Assembly: GCA_963760795.1 (NCBI GenBank)
Contig: CAVXEP010000019.1
Span: forward strand, 32,001 to 96,000
Length of the DNA: 64,000 nt
Direction: 5' to 3'
DNA from: an uncultured delta proteobacterium
Lineage (GTDB): Bacteria; Desulfobacterota; Binatia; UBA9968
Part shown: one piece after another, positions 51,505 to 62,230 of the stretch
Position numbering within the stretch: the stretch's first letter is position 1
Layout: each line of letters starts with the position of its first letter
Notes under the pieces: model-generated
The model's input: only the letters and a program-made list of their open reading frames with translations
Database searches by the model: none
What the model was told of the DNA's origin: nothing
Made by a program: the position numbers and the translations under genes

Positions 51505-52500
51505 CTAATTGCCTTTCCTCACGGGGAGGTTGAAATTGCGTGCGTAGTTCTTGATGCCCTGGAGCAGGGCAAGGGCGATATTTTCGCGATAATCTTCTTT
51601 TGTCAACAACTTAACCTCTTCGTCGTTGGACAGCGCCGAGATCTCGACCAGAATGGCAGGCATCTGGGTGCCGATGAGGACGACAAAGGGGGCGGTCTTG
51701 ACGCCGCGGTTCTCCAGCCACGGATTGACCGGCTTCAGTGAATGATGGAGCTGGGCTTGGATGTGTTTGGCAAAGGTTCTGGATTCATCGTGGCGTGCGT
51801 CGACGTAAATTTTTTCCAGGATCTTTTTATAGTCCGACAGCGAGTAGCCTGAGTCTTTGTTTTCGATGCTTGCCAGCCTGAGGGTCGCCGGGTCATCGGT
51901 GGGGCCGACGTAATAGGTTTCCAGGACGCGAAGAGATTTCGGTTCCAGCGAATTCACATGGATCGAGATAAACAGATCGCCGTTGTTTTCATTGGCGAAG
52001 GCCACCCGCTTGTCGAGTGGCACCGACTGGTCGGTTTCACGCGTGAGCAGGACATCGTAGGGGCCGTTTTCCATGAGCCGGCGCAGGCGCAGCGCCACGT
52101 CTAAGGTAATTTCTTTTTCCATGACGCCCGATCGCGAGATCGCGCCGGACTCGCCGCCATGGCCGGGATCGATGATGATTCTCTTGATCGACAGCGGCAC
52201 GGCTCTTTTGTCTAGCGGTCGGGGTGAATTTAGCGCCCCGGCGGACTCCGGGGTTTGCGCGATATTGGCGGCGGAAACGGTCCCGGCTGCTTCGTTGGGC
52301 GAAGTGTTGGCGGTGGAAACGACCTGTGAGGGGATCGCCAGATAAGCGACACCGAGCATGGCGATGCAGGCTGATAGCCAATAGCGAAAGGATAGCCTGT
52401 GCTTGGCGCGATATTTAGTTCTAACCCCCTGGACGATGTCGACGTTATCCTGGACCACGCCGCGCAGGAGCTTCGCCTTGGTATTATAGATGTCCGCCAT
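51505..52500 (-). CDS. Membrane-anchored N-acetylmuramoyl-L-alanine amidase (Amidase_3)
   Basis: IDPGHGG, EKEITL, FISIHVN, AILVEI Zn/catalytic motifs; one N-terminal TM helix after a ~38-aa tail; no AMIN domain seen. Confidence 0.92.
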   Translation of the reverse strand: MADIYNTKAKLLRGVVQDNVDIVQGVRTKYRAKHRLSFRYWLSACIAMLGVAYLAIPSQVVSTANTSPNEAAGTVSAANIAQTPESAGALNSPRPLDKRAVPLSIKRIIIDPGHGGESGAISRSGVMEKEITLDVALRLRRLMENGPYDVLLTRETDQSVPLDKRVAFANENNGDLFISIHVNSLEPKSLRVLETYYVGPTDDPATLRLASIENKDSGYSLSDYKKILEKIYVDARHDESRTFAKHIQAQLHHSLKPVNPWLENRGVKTAPFVVLIGTQMPAILVEISALSNDEEVKLLTKEDYRENIALALLQGIKNYARNFNLPVRKGN

Positions 52501-52649
52501 GAATAAAATTGGCTAGAAATGATTCCCGAATTGAAAGATAACTATCGATCACATACTAACACATCAGCTGGATTTGTGCGGCATGGACGTGGTTTTCCTC
52601 AGTTAAAGTTAGCCGGTTCTTAGCGCCGGCCAAAATGGAGGATTGAGCA

Positions 52650-53621
52650 ATGGCATTGCTCTTGAGCGAGAAAGACTTAGCTTCTTTGTACTGTCAACCG
52701 TCGAATATGGACGCGCTCTTGCCGCTCATCGAAACCTCAATGGGCGATTTTAATAGTAATGCGGTCGCCGGACAAGCGCGGGTTGAAACTAGTTTGATCG
52801 ACCGCCAGAAAAAATATCGCATTATGACCGCCGCCGTGCCGGGGGCGGGACAGGGCATGCGCATCAGCGCGCTGTTCCGCGGCGCCAAGGACGGCTATTT
52901 CATCGTCCTGTTCGACGGCGAGAGCGGCGACTTGCTGGCCCTGGTGGCGGGACGCGGGTTGAATGTCTGGCGCACCGGCGCGCCGGCGGGTGTCGCGGGC
53001 AAATACCTGGCGCCCAAAGGCACGGATACGTTGGGTCTGATCGGCAGCGGCCGCCAAGCGCGCGGCCAGATCGTCGCCATCGCCCGGGCGCTGCCAGGAA
53101 TAGGGAAGGTAAAAGTTTTCAGCTCGACCAAGGAACACCGCGAGTCGTTCGCCAGGTCGATGAGCGATTTTCTAAACATCGATGTCGAAGCCGTCGACTC
53201 AGCCAAGAGCGCCGTGGAAAACCAACCGATGGTCAGCCTGGCGACCAGTTCGCGCTCGCCAGTGATCGAACCGGGCTGGATCAAACCGGGCGCGCTGATC
53301 GTTTCCATCACCAGTGGGCAACTGCCGCGGCAGACGGTGGCGAACTCGCGCGTCATCGTGTCTTGGAAAGAAGAATTGCTCGGCGGCGAAGCGCCACGCC
53401 AGCCCTACATGGCGATGATTGGTGATGGCAGTTGGTCGGCGGCGAAAATCGCCGGGGAATTGGGCGATGTCATCCTGGGAGAAATCCCTGGCCGCGCGGG
53501 TGAAAACGAGACCGTCGTCTTCGAGTCGGTCGGCATGGCGATTTGGGATACCGTGGCGGCGGCCTGGGCGTACCGCTGGGCGGTGGCGCAGGGTGTCGGT
53601 ACGAAATTTTCGTTGGAATAG
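52650..53621 (+). CDS. Ornithine cyclodeaminase/mu-crystallin family protein
   Basis: WRTGA, GLIGSGRQA, VFESVGMAIWD. Confidence 0.9.
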   Translation: MALLLSEKDLASLYCQPSNMDALLPLIETSMGDFNSNAVAGQARVETSLIDRQKKYRIMTAAVPGAGQGMRISALFRGAKDGYFIVLFDGESGDLLALVAGRGLNVWRTGAPAGVAGKYLAPKGTDTLGLIGSGRQARGQIVAIARALPGIGKVKVFSSTKEHRESFARSMSDFLNIDVEAVDSAKSAVENQPMVSLATSSRSPVIEPGWIKPGALIVSITSGQLPRQTVANSRVIVSWKEELLGGEAPRQPYMAMIGDGSWSAAKIAGELGDVILGEIPGRAGENETVVFESVGMAIWDTVAAAWAYRWAVAQGVGTKFSLE

Positions 53622-53635
53622 TTTGGGACAAATCG

Positions 53636-53696
53636 TAAGGAGTCAGGAGTAAGGGTAGGGTCTCCGACCCCTTACTCCTTACTCTTCACTCCTTAC
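53636..53696. repeat. Palindromic repeat, probable bidirectional terminator
   Basis: gtaaggagtcaggagtaaggg...cccttactccttactc between convergent genes. Confidence 0.55.
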
Positions 53697-55064
53697 TTCT
53701 TCGAAGTCGGCAAGAAATCTTCCAGTCTGATCTTCCGCATTACTTCGTCGGGCACGCGCAGTTCCGGCGCAAAACCGGTGAGCGGTTTGGTCGCATCGAG
53801 GCCCATCTTGGCGTTGACGCCGCCGGGGCCGGCGGAGGGATCGAGCTCGCTGCCCTGGGCGTTGGCGATGACGACCAAATCTTTGTCGGCTTGAAAACGG
53901 TTCGACACCGCCCAGAGCACTTGTTCTTCATCGAAGACATCGATGTCATCGTCGACGATGACGACATGTTTGAGCAGCATGTCGGCGGCGAAGGCGGCGC
54001 AGATGGCGTTTTTCGCCTGGCCGGGGCCGCGCTTGGCAATTGAAATATAGGCGTGAAAGCGGCAGTTGCCCGACACCGGCATGCTGACGTTTTTCACCGT
54101 CGGCACGGTCTGGCGCACGGCGCGGATGAGGGCCGCTTCGCGCGGCACCGCGCCCATGAGCTTATGCTCGGTGTAGCCGGCGTGGACGTCTTGGAAAATA
54201 TAGTTCCTGCGGTGGGTGATCGCGGTCACTTCGATCACCGGGCGTTCGTCCTTCGACACCGCGTGGCCGGTGAACTCGCCGAAGGGGCCTTCCTCGCGCC
54301 TGACGTTGGGCAAGATCTTGCCTTCGATGATCAGCTCCGCGTCGGCGGGCACGAGCACGGGTACGGTCTTGGCTTTCACGACACGCAACGGTTCGTTCAT
54401 CATGCCGCCGATGACCGCGTATTCGTCATCCGTCGACGGCGTGAACGCTTGGGCGCCGAGAGAAAACAGCGGGTGGACGCCGACGACGATGGCGATGGGC
54501 AGCGCTTGGTTGCGCTGCTCCATCTTGTTGTGCAGCGTCCAAAGATGACGGCCGATAGCCATGAAGATGCGCAGCTCGCGCTTGCCCGCCATCATCAGCC
54601 GGTTGTAGCTGGTGTTACGCACGCCGCTGTCGGGATCGGCCGCGACGACGATGCCGGCGGTGACATAGGGCGCGGCGTTGACATCGTAGTGAGTGAGCAG
54701 CGGCACATTGGCCAAATCAATATCATCGCCAAGCTTGACGACTTCCTGCACCGGCGCGTTTGCTAACTTCCACCGGCGCCATCGGTTTGCCCTGGCGCTC
54801 GGTGAATTTTGCCGCCAATTGTTCCGGCTGACACTCCAGCGCCAGCGCCATCAGCTTGCGGCTCGCCTGGGCGTTGATCACCACCGGCGCATCGCCGCCG
54901 TCGACCTTTTCGCAGTAGAGCAGCGGAAAGCGTTTGGCTTTTTCCAATTGCGTCAGCAAAGCCGTGATCTCGTAGCGCGGCGATATGGATTTTCCCACCC
55001 GGGCGACTTCTTCGGGATATTTGGCTTCCAATTCGGCGATGAAACTGCGCAGGTCTTTGGGCAT
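53693..55064 (-). CDS. UbiD-family prFMN-dependent decarboxylase, frameshifted near 54760
   Basis: MPKDLRSFI; EGPFGEFTG, VDDDIDV, KMGLDAT. Confidence 0.92.
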
Positions 55065-55218
55065 TGGCGGCGCTATCCTTATTCGATGGTTTCGGCTCGG
55101 CTGACTATTAATTAGCAGGCCTGGCATGTCAAATAGGGGTACTCAACGTCTGCAGGTTTGCGCTATATTGAGCCGCGAATGACAGTGCATTTTTTGCCGG
55201 CGCGAAAGTCGAGGACAA

Positions 55219-55605
55219 ATGGCTATCCGCATCGTCCGTCTCGGCAGTGATAGATCTCCCAATGAAGGACCGCGTATCGGCACCGTGCGCCGTCCACCGC
55301 GCGGCGTGCCCAAGTCCAAGTTCTCGTCGGGCAATTGGTACGATGTTTGGTTGCCGAATCTGTCGCCCGCGCCGGCGACGGTGAGACTTGCATTGAGCGC
55401 TGAAAACGAGGGCCAGTGGGTGGCCTTCGTAAAGCGCTATCGCAATGAAATGGCTAAGGCAGAGAATAGCAGAGTGATTGATTTGCTCGCGGTGCTGTCA
55501 CAGCAGACGAACTTTTCAGTTGGCTGCTACTGTGAAGATGAAGCGCGCTGCCATCGGTCGGTGCTGCGTCAGCTGCTCACTGATCGAGGGGCCAAAGTAA
55601 TATGA
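55219..55605 (+). CDS. DUF488 family protein
   Basis: TVRRPPRGV, LSP, GCYCEDEARCHRSVL. Confidence 0.85.
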   Translation: MAIRIVRLGSDRSPNEGPRIGTVRRPPRGVPKSKFSSGNWYDVWLPNLSPAPATVRLALSAENEGQWVAFVKRYRNEMAKAENSRVIDLLAVLSQQTNFSVGCYCEDEARCHRSVLRQLLTDRGAKVI

Positions 55606-55626
55606 GTCTCTAAGGAGGGAATCGTC

Positions 55627-56223
55627 ATGAAACATTTGCCTGTTTTTGCATTGGCCCTGCTGATTTTCGGCTTGCCAATCTTGGGCTGCGTTCAGCAGGC
55701 TGGGGATCAATCTGACTCTGGTTGGATCACACTGCTCGACGGCAGCAATTTGGATCACTGGACGACGGTCGGTAAGGCCAATTGGCGGGTGGTGGACGGC
55801 GTCGTGCAAGCCGATCAGGGCAATGGTCACTTGGTATCGAAGAACTCGTATAGTGATTTTCAAATCCGAGCGGAGTTTTGGGTCGATACGCCGGCCAATA
55901 GCGGCATTTTCATTCGCTGTGCCGATCCGCAAAAGATCGGCACGGCGACCTGCTACGAAGTGAACATCAACGACGATCGTCCCGAGGCCGACTACAGCAC
56001 TGGGGCCATCGTCGGCGTCGCCAAGGTGTCGCCGCCCATACCCAAGGCGGGGGGGCGCTGGAACACTATGGAAATTACCGCCAGAGGTCCGCAGATGACT
56101 GTCGTGCTAAACGGCGTTCGCACCGCAGAGGGGCGGGATGCCAAGTTTGCCAGCGGACGGATCACAATCCAGTACACTCGTGGCCTGGTGAAGTTCCGCA
56201 AGCTGCAAATCCGGCCGCTATGA
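55627..56223 (+). CDS. DUF1080 (3-keto-disaccharide hydrolase-like) lipoprotein
   Basis: ILGC lipobox; GWITLLDG, NSGIFIR, YEVNI, WNTMEI, VKFRKLQI. Confidence 0.88.
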   Translation: MKHLPVFALALLIFGLPILGCVQQAGDQSDSGWITLLDGSNLDHWTTVGKANWRVVDGVVQADQGNGHLVSKNSYSDFQIRAEFWVDTPANSGIFIRCADPQKIGTATCYEVNINDDRPEADYSTGAIVGVAKVSPPIPKAGGRWNTMEITARGPQMTVVLNGVRTAEGRDAKFASGRITIQYTRGLVKFRKLQIRPL

Positions 56224-56293
56224 ATCGGCTGGTCTCAGTTTCTTCGGTGGCCCGGCTTGTGGGTCTACGCGCCGATAAATAATGAGGTAATCG

Positions 56294-57203
56294 ATGGCCG
56301 ATGTTTTTATCAGCTACGCCAGTGAAGATCGCGAGCGCGCGGCCAAACTGGCAAACGCGCTGGGCGAGCGCGGTTGGTCGGTGTGGTGGGATCGCAAGAT
56401 TGTCGCCGGCCAGGCTTTCGATCAGGTGATTGAGCGTGAGTTGGAAACTGCCAAGAGTGTGGTCGTCCTATGGTCGATCCATTCGGTTGAATCCGAGTGG
56501 GTCAAGAACGAAGCGTCGGCCGCGTCGGAGCGCCGTGTCCTGGTGCCGGCGTTGATCGATAGCGTGAAGCTGCCGTTGGAGTTTCGCCGCAAGCAAACCG
56601 CCGATCTGATCGGTTGGGACGGTGATTTATCACACGGTGGCTATCACGCCTTGTGTGAAGGCATCGCGGCCACAATGGGCAGTGCCGCACCGCGTCTAAC
56701 GACATTACCTAAAGAATCGAAGTCAAACGGGAAGCCTTCGTGGTTATGGCCTGCGATTGTCGGTGTCGTGATCGTCGTAGGTCTTTTCGCCTTTGCTCTG
56801 CGGTCATGGCAAAACTCGCCGCCGGGATCTCAAATCGATGGCTCCGAGACAGGCAAGCGTTCAGAGAGCAAATCGACCGAGGGCATAAAGCCGGTTGAAC
56901 AAGTCGGTGAGCTGGCCGATCTTGTCGTTGGCAATTATCATGGTGAGGTGATTGCAGATTCCAAGGGCAGTAGCCGAAGCGATATTGCGGTTACGGTTGC
57001 GAAAATAGACCGATTGAAAGTGCGTGTCGCCTCGGACTATCAGCGAATTGGTACGCGTTGAGATCACACTCACTCGCACCGGCAACCAGATCCTAAATGC
57101 TGACGGCGATACGCCATTCGTGGTCGATCTCGATCGCAATCCGCCGACTCTTGTCCTCAACCCACGAAACGAGATCGCGTACAGCGGAAACAAGCAGAAG
57201 TGA
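56294..57203 (+). CDS. TIR-domain (TIR_2) membrane protein, frameshifted near 57055
   Basis: DVFISYASED, WWDRKI, SEWVKNE; one TM helix; continues as VEITLTRTGNQ...YSGNKQK* to 57203. Confidence 0.85.
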
Positions 57204-57266
57204 GTGATTGCGGCGATGGGAATTGAGAAGGCGTCGCGAAGCCACGCCGAAGACTAGGCCCAGTCT

Positions 57267-57398
57267 GTCGTTCTCGGCGAAGCAGGCGACGGTGCCTTGC
57301 TTGGCGCAGTGACGCTGGAAACTCTCGGTTTCATGCTCAATCCGTTGACGCGCGAAATCTTGCCGATGCGCATGGCGTTGTCTCGTATGCGGCGGTGA
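57267..57398 (+). pseudogene. C-terminal remnant of a clan AA (retropepsin-like) aspartyl protease
   Basis: VVLGEAGDGALLGAVTLETLGFMLNPLTREI. Confidence 0.6.
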
Positions 57399-57416
57399 TG
57401 GCAGCAAGAAGTGCAC

Positions 57417-57445
57417 TGGGTATCGCTGCGCTCAACCCATCCTAC
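57417..57445 (-). repeat. GTAG-type REP
   Basis: Minus strand gtaggatgggttgagcgcagcgataccca. Confidence 0.7.
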
Positions 57446-57551
57446 GAAACTGCGAAGTGCTGAAAGTACGATAGTGCACGGATAGCGCTCGCCTCGGACC
57501 CGTGGTCTTCAGGTTAAGAGTGAGTTGTTACCGTTGCCGAATGTTCAATAG

Positions 57552-57648
57552 GAATGGCCGCAAAGAACGCAAAGGGAATCATGGATTCGTAGGGGCGGGT
57601 TTTAAACCCGCCCTCTTTTTGCGCCCTTTGCGTTCTTTGCGGCCATTC
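57552..57648. repeat. Nested REP: perfect 25-bp inverted repeat enclosing a GTAG REP
   Basis: gaatggccgcaaagaacgcaaaggg / ccctttgcgttctttgcggccattc around gtaggggcgggttttaaacccgccc. Confidence 0.8.
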
Positions 57649-58721
57649 TAATCTTGAATCCCGTACAGCCGACGCGGGTTGTCGTCGAGGATTTTTTTCT
57701 TTACCGGGTCGGTGACTTCGCTATTCGCGCGAAAAATATCAATAGCGTCTACTTCACTCGACGCGTCGGTGTGGCCGTAGTCGGTGCCGATGACGAGGTT
57801 GTCTTCGCCGGCGTAGCGCAGGACGAAGTCGAAGTCGTCGTTGGTCTCGGTGGTGACGTAAATATTGAAATCCTTGAACGGCAGTTTGGGGAAGCCTTTG
57901 CTGCCGCTCCGGCGGGTCGCTTCTTTGACCACCCAGGGCACCCATTGAGCTGACGCTTCGACAAAGCTCCAGCGCAGCTTGGGAAATGTTTTTGGCAGAT
58001 CGCTCATCATCACCGACAAGCAAGTGATCACCGTCGGCACGCGGAACTGGGCGAAGCCGCCCATCTTGTCGTAGCGCGGTTTGAACTGATCCATCAGCGC
58101 CGGGCTGCCGTTGGCGATGTGTACCGCGATGGCGAGATCGAGGCGGATCGCCTCTTCGTAGATCGGATAAAAATAGGGATCGACGAGATGGCGGTCGTTT
58201 TCGAAGGGCCGCAGGCTGACGGCCACCGCGCCATGTTCTTTAGCGAAGCGCATCTGCTGCACCGCTTCGCTGAGCGTCATCGCCGGAACGACGCAGGAGT
58301 AACGCAGGCGGTTCCTGCCGGCTTTCCACATGTCCGCCATCCAGCGGTTCCATGAGCCGCATAAAGCGATCTCGGCATCAGGTTTGTCGGCGACGCGGGC
58401 GATCCACATGGTGTTGAACAGCACCTGGACGTCGATGCCGAGCCTGTCCATGTGGGCCAAACGCAGCTCGACGTCGCGCAGTTCGCGGGCGCCGGCGGCG
58501 GTATTCAATTCCCGGCCGGTTTCTTTGGATAGCGCAATCAGTTCTTGCTCGGTCAGTGTCGGTGGTCGAAAGCCCACCGATTTACCTTCGCAAAACCAAT
58601 ACTGCATGTTGGGATTGTCCGCGGAGCTGAAAAGTTGCGGGCGAAATTTTTTATCCGAGCCATCCATGTAGCTCCAGGTTTGCTCAGTCTCGACCACATG
58701 GGCATCGGCATCGACGATCAT
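57648..58721 (-). CDS. Amidohydrolase_2 family protein
   Basis: DADAHVVE, AVH, GTDYGHTD. Confidence 0.9.
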   Translation of the reverse strand: MIVDADAHVVETEQTWSYMDGSDKKFRPQLFSSADNPNMQYWFCEGKSVGFRPPTLTEQELIALSKETGRELNTAAGARELRDVELRLAHMDRLGIDVQVLFNTMWIARVADKPDAEIALCGSWNRWMADMWKAGRNRLRYSCVVPAMTLSEAVQQMRFAKEHGAVAVSLRPFENDRHLVDPYFYPIYEEAIRLDLAIAVHIANGSPALMDQFKPRYDKMGGFAQFRVPTVITCLSVMMSDLPKTFPKLRWSFVEASAQWVPWVVKEATRRSGSKGFPKLPFKDFNIYVTTETNDDFDFVLRYAGEDNLVIGTDYGHTDASSEVDAIDIFRANSEVTDPVKKKILDDNPRRLYGIQD

Positions 58722-58984
58722 GATTAGCTCCTATCCGGGTATCAATTCGAGATCATACTACTACGGAGACCACATGGATCAATACGCCCCGCGCCGGTCC
58801 ACCTCAAAGCGCGATTGCCGAATGACCAGCGATGTCACCGCCAAGCACTTCGGCGTGCGACAAGAAGAACCAGCAGCATTAGGATCGGGGAGAATTTTTT
58901 CATTGTAACTCCTCCATCTGATTGGGTTGACCGGCCGGGCTTAAGTCATCGCCACGCTCGAACCGCCGACAATATGCTGATCAT

Positions 58985-60001
58985 CTACTTGAGAATTTCC
59001 GTCAACTTGGGGATCAGCGCTTTGTCGAGGGCGAATAGTTCGCGGATGTTGCGGTCGAGGGTTGCACCGTCGAGCGGATTCAAATCGAGTTTCGCCCGTT
59101 TCAACTCGGCGCCGAACTCGGGATCGCGCATGGTGTCCATGAAGGCTTTGCGCAACATCTCGACCCGCGCTTTCGGCGTGCCCGGGGTGACGACGTAGGG
59201 ACGAGCGGTGGCGCCGAAGTTGTTGATCACGCCTTGCACCAATTTTTTCGCCATGTCCGTTTTGGCGTAGTCGATGACTAGCGGGACGTTGGGTAAATCG
59301 GCATGGCGCTTGCCGGCGGCTTGCAGCAAAACTACGGCGTCGCCGTTCTGAGTTTCCTGCGGCCATGTGGAAACCATCGACTCCCAGGCGTTGGCGACGC
59401 CGTCGACTTCGCCGCTGTTGAATGCCAAGCGGATCACCGAGCTGCCTTTGTAGCCGGAAACCACTTGGAGCGGCAGGTTGAGCGCTTCCTTGGCGATCTT
59501 CGGGATCGATTCGTTGGCCGAGCCGGGGCCGGTGCTGCCGAATTTCACCGGCGTCGGATGGGCGAGCCACTGCTCGACGCTTTTCAACCCGGTGCGCTTG
59601 TGGACGATGAGCAGTTGGGTGTCCTGCGCCGGCGCGCCAATGTATTCGAACTTTCTGCCGTCGAACTCGATGCCCGGTTTGCCGATCAGTTGATCGACGA
59701 ACATGGTGCCGATGGGCGTCGCCATGGTCAGACCGTCGGGCTTGGCGACTTTGTAGACATGGTTGACGCCGATGAGCCCGCCGGCGCCGGTCATGTTGTC
59801 GACGACGAACACCGGATTGCCGGGAATGTATTTGCCCATGTGCCGGCCCATGATGCGTGAATAGATATCGTAGCCGCCGCCGGCGGCGAACGGCACGATG
59901 ACGCGCACGGTCTTGCCTTTGAAGAACTGGTCTTGGGCGAGGACGGAAACGGCGCTGCACAGAACCGCGGCCAGGGTGAACGATGTCAGCTTAAGTTTCA
60001 T
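58985..60001 (-). CDS. Bug/TctC substrate-binding protein
   Basis: FFKGKTVRVIVPFAAGGGYD, NMTGAGG, KPDGLT, GYKG. Confidence 0.9.
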   Translation of the reverse strand: MKLKLTSFTLAAVLCSAVSVLAQDQFFKGKTVRVIVPFAAGGGYDIYSRIMGRHMGKYIPGNPVFVVDNMTGAGGLIGVNHVYKVAKPDGLTMATPIGTMFVDQLIGKPGIEFDGRKFEYIGAPAQDTQLLIVHKRTGLKSVEQWLAHPTPVKFGSTGPGSANESIPKIAKEALNLPLQVVSGYKGSSVIRLAFNSGEVDGVANAWESMVSTWPQETQNGDAVVLLQAAGKRHADLPNVPLVIDYAKTDMAKKLVQGVINNFGATARPYVVTPGTPKARVEMLRKAFMDTMRDPEFGAELKRAKLDLNPLDGATLDRNIRELFALDKALIPKLTEILK

Positions 60002-60025
60002 TAGGCTCCTTGATGACGGTCAATC

Positions 60026-60115
60026 GGAGTGATGGAGTATGCGAATAACATATGCGATTGAACCGTCGAACCTCTGAACTCTTGGACCCGGTACTCCATC
60101 ACTCCAGTACTCCAG
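60026..60115. repeat. TGGAGTA-type repeat palindrome
   Basis: ggagtgatggagta...tactccatcactcc. Confidence 0.6.
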
Positions 60116-60121
60116 TTTCTT

Positions 60122-61082
60122 CTACGGCAAAAAGCTCAGATCGGTCAGCTGCTGCGGCGTGTAGTTTTTCGCCCGCGGGTCGTCGAGCATGGCGGCGTCG
60201 ATGACCAGCTGGGTGCCTTTCATCGTCGGCCGGCCATCGTCGGGCAGCGCCTTGACGTTGCTCAGATAGCCGGTCTCGATGGCTTCGCGGTCGGCGAGTT
60301 TTTGTAACTGCATGCTTTTCTTTACAGCTTCTTCTTTGTGGGTCTTGAAGTAGCGGATCGATTCCACGTAGGCGCGCATGAAGCGGCGCAGCATCTCCGG
60401 TTGCGTCTTGATGGTGTCGTCGCGGGCGATGATGGCGATGTGGGTATAGTCGATTTCCTTTTCGAGAAAATTGACCAGCACGTTATAGCCCAACTTTCGC
60501 GCCACCACGGCTTGCTCGATATTGAATAGCGTTGCATCCACCGTTCTGGTTTTGAGCGCGAGCAGCCGGCTTTCCGGCGCGCCGGTTTGCACGATGGTGA
60601 TGTCGCTCTTGGGGTTCAGGCCAAACTCCTGCGCCGCCAGCCGGGCGATGAAGTCGGTGTTGCTGCCGAAGCGGGTGATGCCGATTTTTTTGCCTTTGAG
60701 TTGGGCGCCGGTTTTGATTTCGGGTTGGGCACAGCAGCGCGAATGGGATGCGGTTGTTCATGCCGCCGATGATTTTCAATTGCGCGCCGTTGATCACCGC
60801 CGAGAGCATCGGCGTGGCGCCGCCCATTAACAGATCCAAGCTCTTGCCGATCAGCGCCTGGATCGTCGTCGAGCCGCCGACGATAAAGATCGGCTCGACG
60901 TTGAAGCCATGCTTGACGAAGATGCCGGCGTCTTTGCCGACATAAAAGGGAATCTCGCTGGAAAAGCCGTTGTGGGCGATGCGGATGGTGGTAAGTTCGC
61001 TGGCGGCTTGCGCCGGCATGGGACATGTTAACGCGCTCAGCAACAGTGAGATCGCGGCAAGGGCGGCGGTTTGAATAAACAT
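60122..61082 (-). CDS. SsuA/THI5-like ABC substrate-binding protein, frameshifted near 60735
   Basis: VGKDAGIFVKHGFNV; second frame LKGKKIGITRFGS...FMRAYVE. Confidence 0.85.
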
Positions 61083-61213
61083 ATTCCTCGCTCTCCTTAG
61101 ATCCAGCGCTGACATTAACTGATCTCCGCCTCACTCATCAACCGTTAGCCGTTGGGTTCCCGGCTGATTCCTTATTGACAGAAAAACCCATTAACCATAG
61201 ATTCCCCAGCATC

Positions 61214-62082
61214 ATGGCACGGGAAGAAAAGTCCTTGGTTCTCGGCGCCGAAGTCGGGGCGGTGGCGGACGAGCATCGGCGGCAACTCCGCGCCGGGCGC
61301 GGCGCAAAGAACATGGCGCTTCGTGGACCTTTCTTTTGCGCGGCGGGTCGATCCTGGCGATGATCGCCATCTGGTGGATCTTGACATTTTTCTTTCCGCC
61401 GAGTTTGATTCCGCTGCCGTCGGCGACTTTCTCCGAAGTGATTTCGATCGTTAGTACCGGCCAATTCTTTTCTGAGATGGGCGCAACCTTGCGCCGTGTC
61501 GGTGTCGGATTCGGCATCGCCATGATTGTCGCCATTCCCCTCGGCATCCTCATGGGCACAGTGAAGAACCTGGAAAGCTTCTTCGAGCCGCCGGTGATTC
61601 TCGGACTGACCATGCCGGGGTTGGTTTGGGCGGTGATGTCGATCATGTTTTTCGGCCTGTCGGAAACCAGCGCCTACGCCGCCGTGTCGGTGACGATCAT
61701 GCCCATGCTCGCCATCAGTTTATGGCAAGGCACCAAGTCCATCGACAAAGATTTGATCGACATGAGCACGGCGTTTCACGCGAGCGCTTGGTCGAAGATC
61801 GTCGATGTCATCTTGCCGCAGTTGATCTCGCATATCCTCGCGGCGATCCGTTACGGTTTGGGGTTGGCGTGGAAAGTGGTGGTGGTCGTCGAGATGTTCG
61901 GTTTTAGCAACGGCGTCGGTTACCAAGTCGTGCGCGGTTTCAACGTCTTTTCGATGAAGCAGGTGCTCGCCTGGGCGATTACCTTTTTGATCGTCATGAT
62001 CGTCATCGAGTTTGGCGTCATCGGCTGGCTCGAAGGCAGAGTGACACGCTGGCGGCCACGCATTGAGGCGTGGCGGCGGTAG
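61214..62082 (+). CDS. SsuC/TauC-type ABC permease, frameshifted near 61335
   Basis: TLRRVGVGF, EAA-like loop IDKDLIDMSTAF, AWKVVVVVEMFG. Confidence 0.88.
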
Positions 62083-62090
62083 GAAGAAAT

Positions 62091-62220
62091 GTTCCAGTCG
62101 TTCAAACAGTTCAAGCCGTTCCAATCGGTTACGGAGGAAGCTTCGGAAGCGGTTATCGGTGGGAACCTCCGGGTCGGTTTGAACGGCTTGAACGGAACGC
62201 AGTGATTGAACGGTTTGAAC
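62091..62220. repeat. GTTCAA-type repeat palindrome inside the ABC operon
   Basis: gttcaaacagttcaagccgttc...gaacggcttgaac...ttgaacggtttgaac. Confidence 0.65.
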
Positions 62221-62230
62221 GAGCAACCCA

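Noticed and set aside
18813-62220. Short tandem units (TGGAGTAA, GTTCAA, CACAGAG) as CRISPR repeats
   Set aside because: They form irregular inverted-repeat clusters without constant-length repeats and unique spacers.
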